Below, in pieces: positions 1 to 9,875 of a stretch of 64,000 bases of DNA. Under the pieces are notes generated by a model, which made no database searches, was not told the DNA's origin, and saw only the letters and a program-made list of their open reading frames with translations. Position 1 is the stretch's first letter. The number at the start of each line of letters is the position of its first letter. Source of the DNA: Eubacteriales bacterium (lineage in GTDB: Bacteria > Bacillota > Clostridia > Lachnospirales > Lachnospiraceae); assembly GCA_030536855.1 (NCBI GenBank), contig JAUNPK010000001.1, forward strand, positions 4,965 through 68,964, given 5' to 3'. Position numbers and translations under genes: made by a program.

Positions 1-10
1 CATAAAAGAT

Positions 11-1135
11 ATGTTGTCCATGAAAACCTGTCATGATAAGACAACCTACAAGAAACCCGGAGTTACCGACTGGGTAGGTTCTTTCTTTACCACACAGCCT
101 TCCCACGTTCCCGGCACCCAATTCTCTTATGATACATCTGCAACTCATGTACTGTGTGCCCTGGTATCAAGATTATCCGGAATGAAATTGTTAGATTACC
201 TTAGAGTTAAGTTTCTTGATAAGATTGACTTTTCCTCAGATGCGTATATGTTAACAGCAACTGATGGCAGTGAACTTGGAGGCTCAGGTTTATGCGCCAG
301 ACCTATTGATATATTAAAGGTTTTATATATAATTTCCAGGGAAGGAAGACTTAATAACCAGCAGCTTCTTCCTAAGAATTATGTAATTGATGCCGTCAAA
401 AAGCACAGCGACACCTACTGTAAGAGTCCTGTAATAGAAGAAATGCAGGGATACGGTTATCAGATGTGGCTTGTCCGCAATAACGGATACGGATTCTATG
501 GTATGGGAGGACAGTTGGCATTTTATTATCCTGATAAGGACATTTTTATGATGACAACAGCTGACACTCAGGACAGACAGGGTGGAAACCAGGCGATTTA
601 TGATGCTTTCTACCAGGAAGTATATAATAAGATTGATGATGAAATGTGTAGCATAGCACCGGAAAATGATATGCTGCCGGAATATTGGGAATTTGTTAAC
701 AGCCGTAAAATTATATCTCTCTCAGGAAACTTTTTGGATTCTGTGGAAGAAAAGATTAACGGAATTACCTATCTGTGCGATGAAAATTCCTGTGGAATTA
801 AGAACATAAAGGTTGATATTATCGAAGATGGAGATGTGAAAAAAGGAACTCTCACGTATACCAATGCCACGGGGGAACATTTTATTCCTTTCGGATTCGG
901 GTACAATGAATTCTTCAGCTTCCCTGATTACGGATTTTTCTGTGGTGCAAGCGCAGCTTACAAAGACAATAACAATCTCCTTATAAAAGTGCAGATAATC
1001 GACAGCGCCATAGGAAGTATGTATATTTCCTTAAGCTACAGACAGGAATACATCACTGTATTGTTTAAGAAAAAGGAAGAGACTATGCTTAACGAATATA
1101 ACGGCACGTTCGGTGGCCGGATTAGTCAAATATAA
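11..1135 (+). CDS. Serine hydrolase (beta-lactamase class C-like family), probably 5'-truncated by the window edge
   Basis: FSYDTSATHVL, GYGYQMW and YGMGGQ motifs typical of the family; frame is open to the window start and no SxxK motif is visible. Confidence 0.7.
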   Translation: MLSMKTCHDKTTYKKPGVTDWVGSFFTTQPSHVPGTQFSYDTSATHVLCALVSRLSGMKLLDYLRVKFLDKIDFSSDAYMLTATDGSELGGSGLCARPIDILKVLYIISREGRLNNQQLLPKNYVIDAVKKHSDTYCKSPVIEEMQGYGYQMWLVRNNGYGFYGMGGQLAFYYPDKDIFMMTTADTQDRQGGNQAIYDAFYQEVYNKIDDEMCSIAPENDMLPEYWEFVNSRKIISLSGNFLDSVEEKINGITYLCDENSCGIKNIKVDIIEDGDVKKGTLTYTNATGEHFIPFGFGYNEFFSFPDYGFFCGASAAYKDNNNLLIKVQIIDSAIGSMYISLSYRQEYITVLFKKKEETMLNEYNGTFGGRISQI

Positions 1136-1138
1136 TGT

Positions 1139-2311
1139 TTAACACATAATAATATGCAGAATATTTTCTACTCTCTGCTTGTATGAATGATGACATTTCA
1201 CAATATCATGTCCGTTTTTTGCAATTGTCATACGTTCATCCTCATGAGACAGATAATATTCTGCTTTTCTTTTGCAGTCATCAAGATCCTGAAAATAAAC
1301 CATATCCCTGCCCTGCTGAAAGAAATCCGGCAGTTCTACCTGAAAATTTGTAAGTAAAAATCCTCCTGCCCCAAGTATATCCCATACTCTTAATGGAATC
1401 CCTGTTCTTATGTTTCTTATGGTAAAGTTTAAATTTATCTTAGATAAGTTAAATACTTTTGGAGCATCCTCCATATATGAAACGGTACCTTTGTTTTCAA
1501 CTCCTACAAGCCCATCGTCAAATTCATCCGTATACAGCGATACATTCATAGAGGAAGCAAGCTTATTAAGGCCCTTAACTCTTTCCATATTGGCCAGCTT
1601 GAAACCTAAAAATGTAGACGAAAAAACTAGGACGATATCAGAAAAAGAACGATTATCCTGCTTAAATTCCAGGGTTCCCATCAATTCCTTTATAACGTCC
1701 ACGTTAAGTAATTCATCTATTATATTATCTCCGTATATACACATTTGTGCCATCATGGCTGCCTGAAAGTATCCCTGCAGATAAGGCGACAATTTGTCCT
1801 TAATCCTGTCGTAAGAATTTCTGTGATACATACTTCCCACAAATGTAACATCATTCCGGTACATCTGCTTATCACTGTCAGTCATAGAACTAAGCTGGTT
1901 ATCAAGCCTTTCCGTATCCACTGCCAAAGGAAGATAAAATACATTTTTAATTCCTCTGTTCTTCATCTCAACACAATAAAATCTGTCAAAAATAAATATA
2001 CGGTTACAACTGTTATAAACAGATTCATGATAAAGAGAAATAAGGGGACTATCCACAGTCCAGGATATATAAAGAACATGCAATTTTTCACACAAATCAG
2101 ATACATGTGAAAAATAATTTAAAGAAAAGACAATATCATATTGGGAAAATACATCTGAAAGCAACACCAAATCATGACTCTTATATCCTGTCACTTCATC
2201 CTGCTTCTCTACCTGCTCCTCGTACATATCCACATCATGTCCGAAATATTCAAAAGCAGTTTTTATATCGTGCTGATTAAACACGTTCCATTTATATATC
2301 AGTATCTTCAT
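1139..2311 (-). CDS. CgeB/DUF3880-type glycosyltransferase (spore-associated)
   Basis: W(T)VDSP, LPLAVD, FVGS, SKINLN and IPLRVWDILGAGGFLLTN motifs. Confidence 0.8.
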   Translation of the reverse strand: MKILIYKWNVFNQHDIKTAFEYFGHDVDMYEEQVEKQDEVTGYKSHDLVLLSDVFSQYDIVFSLNYFSHVSDLCEKLHVLYISWTVDSPLISLYHESVYNSCNRIFIFDRFYCVEMKNRGIKNVFYLPLAVDTERLDNQLSSMTDSDKQMYRNDVTFVGSMYHRNSYDRIKDKLSPYLQGYFQAAMMAQMCIYGDNIIDELLNVDVIKELMGTLEFKQDNRSFSDIVLVFSSTFLGFKLANMERVKGLNKLASSMNVSLYTDEFDDGLVGVENKGTVSYMEDAPKVFNLSKINLNFTIRNIRTGIPLRVWDILGAGGFLLTNFQVELPDFFQQGRDMVYFQDLDDCKRKAEYYLSHEDERMTIAKNGHDIVKCHHSYKQRVENILHIIMC

Positions 2312-2414
2312 ATAAGTATCTTCCGCTCAGACATCCTTTTTCTCTGTTTAACTATCAATATCTTTCCGTCATTCCATACAGGCATACTTTTATATGTAAT
2401 ATATGTAAAAATAT

Positions 2415-2765
2415 TTATTTCATAAATTTATCAATAGCATCATTGAGCTCATCTACCGCTTCCATGTCCCCCTCATCCACAGCCTCAATAATACAGTGAC
2501 TTATATGCTGTTTCAGAATTTCCTTGCCCGTATTATTAATGGCTGATTTTACCGCTGCAAGCTGTACTAAAACCTCGCTACAGTCTCTTCCATCTTCCAC
2601 CATACGTTTAACAGATTCCAAATGTCCTATTGCTTTGGCAAGTCTGTTGGAAATCGCCTTCACATCTTTAGGATCATGGGTATGGGTATGATTATGGGCG
2701 TGAGTATGATTATGGTTATGGTGATATTCATCATAATGATGCATATGTTCTATTTCCTCCGACAT
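2415..2765 (-). CDS. CsoR/RcnR-family metal-sensing repressor with His-rich N-terminus
   Basis: NRLAKAIGHLESVKRMVEDGRDCSEVLVQLAAV...HISHC core; start set to MSEEIE. Confidence 0.85.
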   Translation of the reverse strand: MSEEIEHMHHYDEYHHNHNHTHAHNHTHTHDPKDVKAISNRLAKAIGHLESVKRMVEDGRDCSEVLVQLAAVKSAINNTGKEILKQHISHCIIEAVDEGDMEAVDELNDAIDKFMK

Positions 2766-2784
2766 AACAGCCCCCATTTACACA

Positions 2785-4092
2785 TTATTCACGTGTCGCT
2801 TTTTCCAATACCTCAAAATAATCCTCAAAGGTTTTTCTGCAGCACTCATAATCATCAATAATGATTCCATCAACCTTAAGTCCAATAAGAGCAAAGGCCA
2901 TCGCCATACGATGATCTGCATGCGTCTTAACAACACCCGGTTTTACTTCACCAGGCAATATCTCAATCCGGTCTTTGCCTTTCTTAATATCTATACACAG
3001 ATTATTAAGCTCTTCTGCAATCGCTTCAATTCGGTCAGATTCCTGTAATCTGATATGTTCAATGTTTCTGATACATGTTGGCGTATTGGCAAAAGGTGCA
3101 ATAGCTGCAAGTGTCATTGTCTGATCTGAAAAATCATTCATATCCACGTCAATACCATCATACTTTCCACCTTCAGGGCCCTTGACACTTATACCATCCT
3201 GCTCTTCCGTAACCACACATCCCAGCTTCTTAAGCACCTCAAGAAACTTCATATCTCCCTGCATAGAAGAAAAACGGACATTTTTTACAAGAGCATATCC
3301 TCCTGTAAGTGCTGCTGCCGCATAGAAATAACATGCTGCAGACACATCAGGTTCTATCTGATATGTTTCCGGAATATAAGAACTCCCCGCAGGAATCTCA
3401 TAAACAGCCCCCTCATGTCTTACCTCACAGCCAAAATGTCTCATCATATTGGAAGTGATTCTGATGTAGGAACCATCTGTCTTTTTGCTGGTTATATTAA
3501 TCTTTAATCCACTCTTTAACATAGGTGCAGTCATCATAAGTGCACTTAAAAACTGTGTACTTTCACTTATATCTATGGAAACCTCATTTTTAGGGGTCCT
3601 GCCGTTACTTGCTGCTCCTATCACCTTCACAGGAAGATGTCCGTTTTTTTCAATAAATGCAAATTCTGCTCCCATGCTTTCCAATGCCTCAAATAACGGA
3701 AGCATTGGTCTTCTCTTCATCTGCTCAGAAGCATCTATAACATATTCACCATCTGATAATGACAGCATAGCTGTGAGAAATCTCGCAGCTGTTCCGGCAC
3801 TGCCAACATTAATGGTTCCTGTCTTTTTAGGAATATCTCTGCCATGACCTTCAATTATAATATAATTTTCAACTTCATTAGCCTGGATTATATATCCCAG
3901 CGAAATAAGGCTCGTAAGAAAGAATCTCGAGTCGTCCGAAAATAATACTCCATTAAGTCTGCATTCTCCATCAGAAAGTGCTGCCATAAGCAATGCTCTG
4001 TTTGTTATACTCTTAGAGCCCGGAACTTCAACAGTACAATTAATGGGTTTATTTAACTTTCTAACCTTATATTGTGACATATCCTTATACAC
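2785..4092 (-). CDS. aroA: 3-phosphoshikimate 1-carboxyvinyltransferase (EPSP synthase)
   Basis: VPGSKSITNRAL, GSAGTAARF, RLQESDRI and DHRMAMAF motifs; true start may be 4080. Confidence 0.95.
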   Translation of the reverse strand: MYKDMSQYKVRKLNKPINCTVEVPGSKSITNRALLMAALSDGECRLNGVLFSDDSRFFLTSLISLGYIIQANEVENYIIIEGHGRDIPKKTGTINVGSAGTAARFLTAMLSLSDGEYVIDASEQMKRRPMLPLFEALESMGAEFAFIEKNGHLPVKVIGAASNGRTPKNEVSIDISESTQFLSALMMTAPMLKSGLKINITSKKTDGSYIRITSNMMRHFGCEVRHEGAVYEIPAGSSYIPETYQIEPDVSAACYFYAAAALTGGYALVKNVRFSSMQGDMKFLEVLKKLGCVVTEEQDGISVKGPEGGKYDGIDVDMNDFSDQTMTLAAIAPFANTPTCIRNIEHIRLQESDRIEAIAEELNNLCIDIKKGKDRIEILPGEVKPGVVKTHADHRMAMAFALIGLKVDGIIIDDYECCRKTFEDYFEVLEKATRE

Positions 4093-4110
4093 TCCATTGT
4101 GTTTCTTATA

Positions 4111-5493
4111 TTAACGTTCATCCATCACTATATACTCTCTGTGATGTCCTACATATTTATATGCAGGACGAATAATTTTACCTGCATTAACCAACTCCTC
4201 AAGACGATGTGCACACCATCCTGAAATTCTTGATGTTGCAAACATTGGTGTAAACATCTCTTCCGGAATTCCCAGCATAGTATACACGAATCCGCTGTAA
4301 AAATCCACGTTGGCACAGACAGGTTTAAACATTTTTCTCTTATTCATGATAAGCTGACCTGCCTCACGCTCTACTGTCTCATATAATGCAAATTCTTTCT
4401 GCATTCCCTTCTCTTCCGAGAGATTCTTGGCAAACTGCTTAAGGATTACTTCACGAGGATCCGAATTGGTATATACAGCATGTCCCATACCGTAGATAAG
4501 ACCCAGCCCGTCAAAGGCCTCCTTATCAAGAATCTTATTAAGATATGCGCAAATTTCTTCTTTATTGTCCCAATCCTTGCAGTGCTTCTTAATATCTGCA
4601 AACATTTCCTGAACCTTTAAATTAGCACCACCATGTTTAGGTCCCTTAAGGGAAGCAATTGATGCCGCTACTGCCGAATAAGTATCCGTTCCTGATGATG
4701 TTACAACATGATTGGTAAATGTTGAGTTATTACCACCACCATGTTCTGCATGGAGAACCAGGCATATATCCAATACCTTTGCCTCAAGCTCTGTGAATTG
4801 TCCATCATCCCTTAACATATAAAGTATATTCTCAGCTGTGGAATAACCCTTCTTAGGATTCTTTATCATAAGAGTTCCATCCAGCTTAAAATGTCTGTAT
4901 GACTGATATGCATAAACAGTCAGCAAAGGCATTTTGGCAATGAGCTGCAATGACTGACGAAGCACATTTGGAACCGATATATCATCAGGATTCTCATCAT
5001 AAGAGTACAAACTTAATATACTCTTCATTAATGAATTCATGAGATTGGTACTGGTAGCTTTCATAATAACATCTCTTATAAATGCTCCCGAGAGTTCCTG
5101 AAGATCTGTCTGAATTCTTATAAAACGGTCAAGCTGGTCTGTAGTCGGAAGCTTTCCAAAAAGAAGAAGATATGTAACCTCCTCAAATCTGAATCTATCT
5201 GTCTTAGAGCCTTTTATCAAATTTTCAACATTATACCCCTGAAAATACAACTCGCCTTCCACAGGAATTTTCCTGCCATTAACACTATGAACACCACATA
5301 CATCAGAGATTTCTGTAAGTCCCGTAAGAACACCATTACCATTACTGTCACGGAGTCCTCTTTTTACGTCATACTCCGTATATAAATTTTGATCAATAGA
5401 ACCGGATCTGGTGCACTCTTTGACAAGCTGTTCAAACTCGCTCTTATCAACAGTTGTAAGTTCCATCATTTCCTGATTATTCATACATACCAC
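4111..5493 (-). CDS. gltA: Citrate synthase
   Basis: LHAEHGGGNNSTF, GPKHGGAN, GMGHAVY and NVDFYSG motifs. Confidence 0.93.
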   Translation of the reverse strand: MVCMNNQEMMELTTVDKSEFEQLVKECTRSGSIDQNLYTEYDVKRGLRDSNGNGVLTGLTEISDVCGVHSVNGRKIPVEGELYFQGYNVENLIKGSKTDRFRFEEVTYLLLFGKLPTTDQLDRFIRIQTDLQELSGAFIRDVIMKATSTNLMNSLMKSILSLYSYDENPDDISVPNVLRQSLQLIAKMPLLTVYAYQSYRHFKLDGTLMIKNPKKGYSTAENILYMLRDDGQFTELEAKVLDICLVLHAEHGGGNNSTFTNHVVTSSGTDTYSAVAASIASLKGPKHGGANLKVQEMFADIKKHCKDWDNKEEICAYLNKILDKEAFDGLGLIYGMGHAVYTNSDPREVILKQFAKNLSEEKGMQKEFALYETVEREAGQLIMNKRKMFKPVCANVDFYSGFVYTMLGIPEEMFTPMFATSRISGWCAHRLEELVNAGKIIRPAYKYVGHHREYIVMDER

Positions 5494-5564
5494 CCCTTCA
5501 TGTTTAGTCCTTTATTTATAATGCAATTTAGCCTATTATCTATTATCTTTTACTTTTTGTCAAT

Positions 5565-6122
5565 TTATACGTCCTTTGTACTTTCCTCTCTCAATCCTAT
5601 CACAGCCTGCGCAAGCTGCCTTAAGTCTTCCTCTGTTCCCTCAATAAATCCTTTCTTACTAAATACAAGACTGTCATCCTGTCCCACAAATATGTAAATG
5701 TTATCTGCATCCTGAGCCCATCTGTTAACCTGTTCCCACATAAATGTGTCACTGTCCTGCTCTTCATCATGAACCACAATCTTTTCGGCATCCACCTCAT
5801 AATAAAACGTAATCCCTACCATCTTTCCATAAATATTATGGTACTTTTTCTTATTATTCCTGTCCATGGCTACCATTCCAATATAAAGAAATAAGGCTGT
5901 GAGAATTCCGTAAAATACAATCATGAATGAATCTGCCTTATCGCTTCCCATCACCTGAAAGACCATATACCTTACAAAAAGCATCCCAAATATGAGCCCG
6001 AAAATGTTATATATCATTTTAAACATTTTATACTTATTATTATCAAAATTGGCAGCTCTCATAGCTCCTTCCACACAGTCGTTTGTAAATTTTGTTTCGT
6101 TTTTAATTACCATATTTGTCAC
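5565..6122 (-). CDS. YcxB-like membrane protein
   Basis: Two TM helices followed by a W...W...D..IYIF...SLVFSK C-terminal domain. Confidence 0.6.
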   Translation of the reverse strand: MTNMVIKNETKFTNDCVEGAMRAANFDNNKYKMFKMIYNIFGLIFGMLFVRYMVFQVMGSDKADSFMIVFYGILTALFLYIGMVAMDRNNKKKYHNIYGKMVGITFYYEVDAEKIVVHDEEQDSDTFMWEQVNRWAQDADNIYIFVGQDDSLVFSKKGFIEGTEEDLRQLAQAVIGLREESTKDV

Positions 6123-6224
6123 CTTGTTTACTTTCTGTTACTAATTTAATAATAAATGTGTTACAATTGTTTATATTTTATAGTACCATTGGTAAACTTA
6201 CAAGAACTTACATGAGATTTACAT

Positions 6225-6433
6225 AGGCATTTGCAAAACGCCTTTTTGGTGCTGAACAGTTGTGCAATTATACTATATTGCAAGCTAGGTGCTTTGCTGC
6301 CACCGGTGCTTAACAGCTGTATTTTAGCCGTTTATGCACCGCTGTGAGCAGCAAGTAGCAAGAGCGTGCCTAGCGGTAATATAATATAATTGCACAACGT
6401 ACAGTATTAAATCACAGAGTTTCGCAAACGCCT
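6225..6433. mobile_element. 209-bp non-autonomous fold-back (MITE-like) element with 13-bp target duplication
   Basis: ATGAGATTTACAT at 6212-6224 and 6434-6446; terminal IRs AGGCATTTGCAAAAC / GTTTCGCAAACGCCT match 13/15; nested internal IRs. Confidence 0.75.
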
Positions 6434-6465
6434 ATGAGATTTACATTTAGGAGGTGTTAATATCA

Positions 6466-7272
6466 ATGAAAACAGCATGTATTACCGGAGCCAGCAGTGG
6501 AATCGGAAGGGAATTAGCAAAAAAACTCAGCATGATGGGATATAATCTTATACTCATATCAAGAAATACCAAGGCATTGGATGCGTTATCCGGAAAGCTC
6601 CCCACAAAATGCGAAATAATTTCCTGCGATCTTTCCCATGAAGATAAATGTAAAGAGTTGGCAGAAACTCTCTCAAAAAGAAATATTTATATTTTTATTA
6701 ACAATGCAGGATTTGGCAGTTTAGGGAGATTTGACGAAACGGACGCCAACAATGACTTATCAATGATAAACGTGAATATAAAAGCTGTGCATATTCTTAC
6801 AAAGGCCATGATTACAGCTTTTAAGAAAAGGGATTGTGGATATATCATGAACGTAGCATCCTCCGCAGGTCTTATGCCGGCAGGTCCCTACATGTCTACT
6901 TATTACGCCACAAAAAGCTATGTTACAAGCCTCACAACTGCAATACATCATGAGTTGAAGGAAAGCGGCAGCAACGTACACATATGCATGCTGTGCCCGG
7001 GACCTGTGGATACAAATTTTAACAACGTGGCAGGAGTTACCTTCAGCCTTCCCGGCATTTCTTCCTCTTACTGCGCCGAATACGCACTTAAAAAAATGTT
7101 TCAGGGGAAATTAACAATCGTCCCTACGCTTACAATGAAACTGGCAGTAATTGCAGCCAAGATTTTTCCGAGAGAATTTATGACCTCTATGGCTGGAAAA
7201 CAACAAACAAAAAAAGGGAAAGGGTTAAGACCCCATAAAAATTTTAAAAAATTTAACGCGAAAATTTTATAA
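6466..7272 (+). CDS. Short-chain dehydrogenase/reductase (DltE-like)
   Basis: TGASSGIG, NNAG and YYATK motifs; AGGAGG at 6449-6454. C-terminal residues run into a homopolymer-rich palindrome. Confidence 0.9.
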   Translation: MKTACITGASSGIGRELAKKLSMMGYNLILISRNTKALDALSGKLPTKCEIISCDLSHEDKCKELAETLSKRNIYIFINNAGFGSLGRFDETDANNDLSMINVNIKAVHILTKAMITAFKKRDCGYIMNVASSAGLMPAGPYMSTYYATKSYVTSLTTAIHHELKESGSNVHICMLCPGPVDTNFNNVAGVTFSLPGISSSYCAEYALKKMFQGKLTIVPTLTMKLAVIAAKIFPREFMTSMAGKQQTKKGKGLRPHKNFKKFNAKIL

Positions 7273-7304
7273 AAATTTTTTGGGGTCTGACCCCATTTCC
7301 CCTT
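7213..7304. repeat. Imperfect palindrome with GGGGTC-GACCCC units between convergent genes
   Basis: TGGGGTCTGACCCCA at about 7281-7295, mirrored by GGGTTAAGACCCCA at about 7222-7235. Confidence 0.55.
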
Positions 7305-7318
7305 TTCCCCTTTTCCCT

Positions 7319-8335
7319 CTAAAACTTCCTCGAGTATGTTATTACCCGTGGTTCTTTTATTGATGCCACGTTAAAAAACACATTTACAGCATCTTTATAG
7401 TCCCCCATTTTCTGGGATTTTTTAATAGCTTTTATTTCCTTCTTATTATCGGGAAATATGTACTCCATATAACACCACATTTCCTTCATACGGTGTATGG
7501 CATGTTTATCTCCTGACATTATTGTCAGTCTTTCCTCGTAAACACTGTCATGAAGTTTCTTCATATTCTCTAAATCCGCCGAAGTATCTCTTTGATAATT
7601 TGCGGGATTATCACTTGAAATTACGTTAATAAGTCCCGGATCTGTGATAAGACCTCTTCCTAACATCACTCTTTCAGTATCGCCAAATCTTTCAAGGAAA
7701 CTTACGTAATTATCCGCCGTAAATATGTCTCCGTTATAACAGACAGGATTAACGCTCTCCTCCAGCGCCATCTTATAAGCATTATACTTAATATCGTTTC
7801 TATAAAAATCTGTCCTCACACGGGGATGAACTATAAGTTCTTCCATTTTAAACTTATTATACACTTCTAATATTTCAGCCCACTCATCCTCCGACTCAAG
7901 TCCGATTCGTGTTTTTACCGAAATTTTAATTTTATTATTCAAAATATATGAGTCAGAAAATATTTCATAGAGAATTCTTTCTAATTCATCTGTATCCCCC
8001 AGCATTCCTGCCCCTTTATTCTTGGATACCACCGTACCTGAAGGGCACCCTGCATTCAGATTAATTTCGTCATACCCGAACTGTTCATGAAGGAGCCTGG
8101 CTGTCCATATAAAATCTCTATGATTGTTAGTCATTACCTGAGGTATTGACTTTACTGTCTGATTGTTAACCCTGTCAATATCCCTCATCTCCTTAGCCAG
8201 AAATTTATCCGACTTATTGGGAGATATAAAAGGCATAAAATATTTATCTATCTTTCCCTGTCCAAAGAACTCATCATATGCATTTCTATACATATAATCT
8301 GTCAGTCCTTCCATAGGGGCAAGGTATATTTTCAT
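7319..8335 (-). CDS. tRNA-dihydrouridine synthase family protein
   Basis: LAPMEG, INLNAGCPS, VKTRIG, HPR, NGDIF and MLGRG motifs; start moved to MKIYLAP after GGAGGA. Confidence 0.9.
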   Translation of the reverse strand: MKIYLAPMEGLTDYMYRNAYDEFFGQGKIDKYFMPFISPNKSDKFLAKEMRDIDRVNNQTVKSIPQVMTNNHRDFIWTARLLHEQFGYDEINLNAGCPSGTVVSKNKGAGMLGDTDELERILYEIFSDSYILNNKIKISVKTRIGLESEDEWAEILEVYNKFKMEELIVHPRVRTDFYRNDIKYNAYKMALEESVNPVCYNGDIFTADNYVSFLERFGDTERVMLGRGLITDPGLINVISSDNPANYQRDTSADLENMKKLHDSVYEERLTIMSGDKHAIHRMKEMWCYMEYIFPDNKKEIKAIKKSQKMGDYKDAVNVFFNVASIKEPRVITYSRKF

Positions 8336-8349
8336 ATTAATCCTCCATT

Positions 8350-8419
8350 CCGCAGGCACTTTAGTGCCGAAGGAAACGCGAGCCAAATATCAGATTTGAC
8401 TCTGCAATAAATGCTATTT
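8350..8419. repeat. Truncated copy of the multi-hairpin dispersed element (66/70 identical to 29436-29505)
   Basis: Direct alignment with the copy upstream of truA; abuts the SD of the dus gene. Confidence 0.85.
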
Positions 8420-8444
8420 TCCGTTCTAATAATATCTGTATTAT

Positions 8445-9794
8445 CTAAAATTTCCCGTCTATACTAAAGGGTTCATTGTAAAAATGTCTCAACGCCCTGA
8501 TCATATAAGCAGTATCCTTAACACCTGCAGTCTCGTAAGCAGAATGCATTGCAAGCTGTGCAAGTCCGATATCCACTGTATTAATCGAAATATGGGAATT
8601 AGATATATTACCAAGTGTTGAGCCTCCTGCTATGTCAGAACGGTTAACGTAGGTCTGGTACGGCACACCGGAATCTGCACACACTTTTTTCATTATAGCT
8701 GCGGAAACCGCGTCAGTACTGTACTTCTGATTAGCATTATACTTAATTACAACGCCTCCGTTCATATATGGTCTGTTGGTAGGGTCTGATTTGTCCGTAT
8801 GATTAGGATGAACCCCATGGGCATTGTCGGCAGAAATCATAAATGATGATGATAAAGCCTGTAAATACTCATCTCTTGTCTTATTACAATTAATAGAAAT
8901 CCTCTCGAGAACATCTGAAAGAAAAGTTGAATCTGCCCCCTGTTTGGTTGTGCTTCCCACTTCCTCATTATTGAAAATAGCACAAACTGTAACATTATTT
9001 TCATTTTCACTTTCAACAAATGATGCAACAGCCGAGTATGCACATTGGATATCGTCAATTCTCGGTGCAGAAAAATACTCATTATCTTTTCCCCATATTG
9101 TACCTTCCTGTCTGTTATACAGGAATAAATCTGAAGACAATATAGAAAGCTGTCCACTCTCTTCCAGCAGGCTGTCATCGGAAAGTTCTGTTGAAACTTC
9201 TTCTTTAATCATTTTGTCAAATGTATCTTTAGAATCAATACCCCCAAACAAAGGAATCATATCCTTTTGAGGATTAAATTTATAGCCCTCATTAATCTCC
9301 CTGTTAAAATGTATGGCCAGATTAGGTATTACAAGAAGATCTCTGTCAACATCAACCAGACATCTTGCAATCTCATTTCCCTTTGTGACAACAGCTCTTC
9401 CTGCTACGGATAAAGGTCTGTCGATCCATGTAGACATAATCATTCCACCATATTTCTCCACATTAAGAGATACATACCGGTTATCTGAGACAATCTCAGG
9501 ATTTTCTTTTATCTTAAAGCAAGGTGAATCACTGTGGGCTGCCACAATCTGAAAACTTCCGAATTTAGAAATATCCTTCATATTAGGAAGCCTGAATGCA
9601 ATTATGGAAGAGCCTCCTCTTATAACAAAATATTTTCCTCCGCTTACAAGATTCCATTTACTTCCTTCATCAACAAGCGTATATCCGGCATTTTCAAGTA
9701 TTGAAGCTATATTTGCCACTACATGAAAGCAAGTGGGACTTTTCTTTATAAAATTTAATAACTCTTTTGTAGTTTCTTCGTACATATATTCCAT
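8445..9794 (-). CDS. M18-family (aspartyl) aminopeptidase
   Basis: AHSDSP, RIDD, NNEEVGS, SADNAHG, GGSTLG and LAMHS motifs. Confidence 0.92.
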   Translation of the reverse strand: MEYMYEETTKELLNFIKKSPTCFHVVANIASILENAGYTLVDEGSKWNLVSGGKYFVIRGGSSIIAFRLPNMKDISKFGSFQIVAAHSDSPCFKIKENPEIVSDNRYVSLNVEKYGGMIMSTWIDRPLSVAGRAVVTKGNEIARCLVDVDRDLLVIPNLAIHFNREINEGYKFNPQKDMIPLFGGIDSKDTFDKMIKEEVSTELSDDSLLEESGQLSILSSDLFLYNRQEGTIWGKDNEYFSAPRIDDIQCAYSAVASFVESENENNVTVCAIFNNEEVGSTTKQGADSTFLSDVLERISINCNKTRDEYLQALSSSFMISADNAHGVHPNHTDKSDPTNRPYMNGGVVIKYNANQKYSTDAVSAAIMKKVCADSGVPYQTYVNRSDIAGGSTLGNISNSHISINTVDIGLAQLAMHSAYETAGVKDTAYMIRALRHFYNEPFSIDGKF

Positions 9795-9875
9795 AAGATA
9801 TTACCTGAACCTTTTTATTTATGCATTCGTCACTTTGCAAATCTGTCATTTTATTTACAACTGCGGTCTGACTCA

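Noticed and set aside
6225-6433. 6S RNA, given the rod fold with a central bubble and about 200-nt length
   Set aside because: The exact 13-bp flanking duplication and terminal IRs favour an insertion element; an Rfam scan is needed to exclude 6S fully
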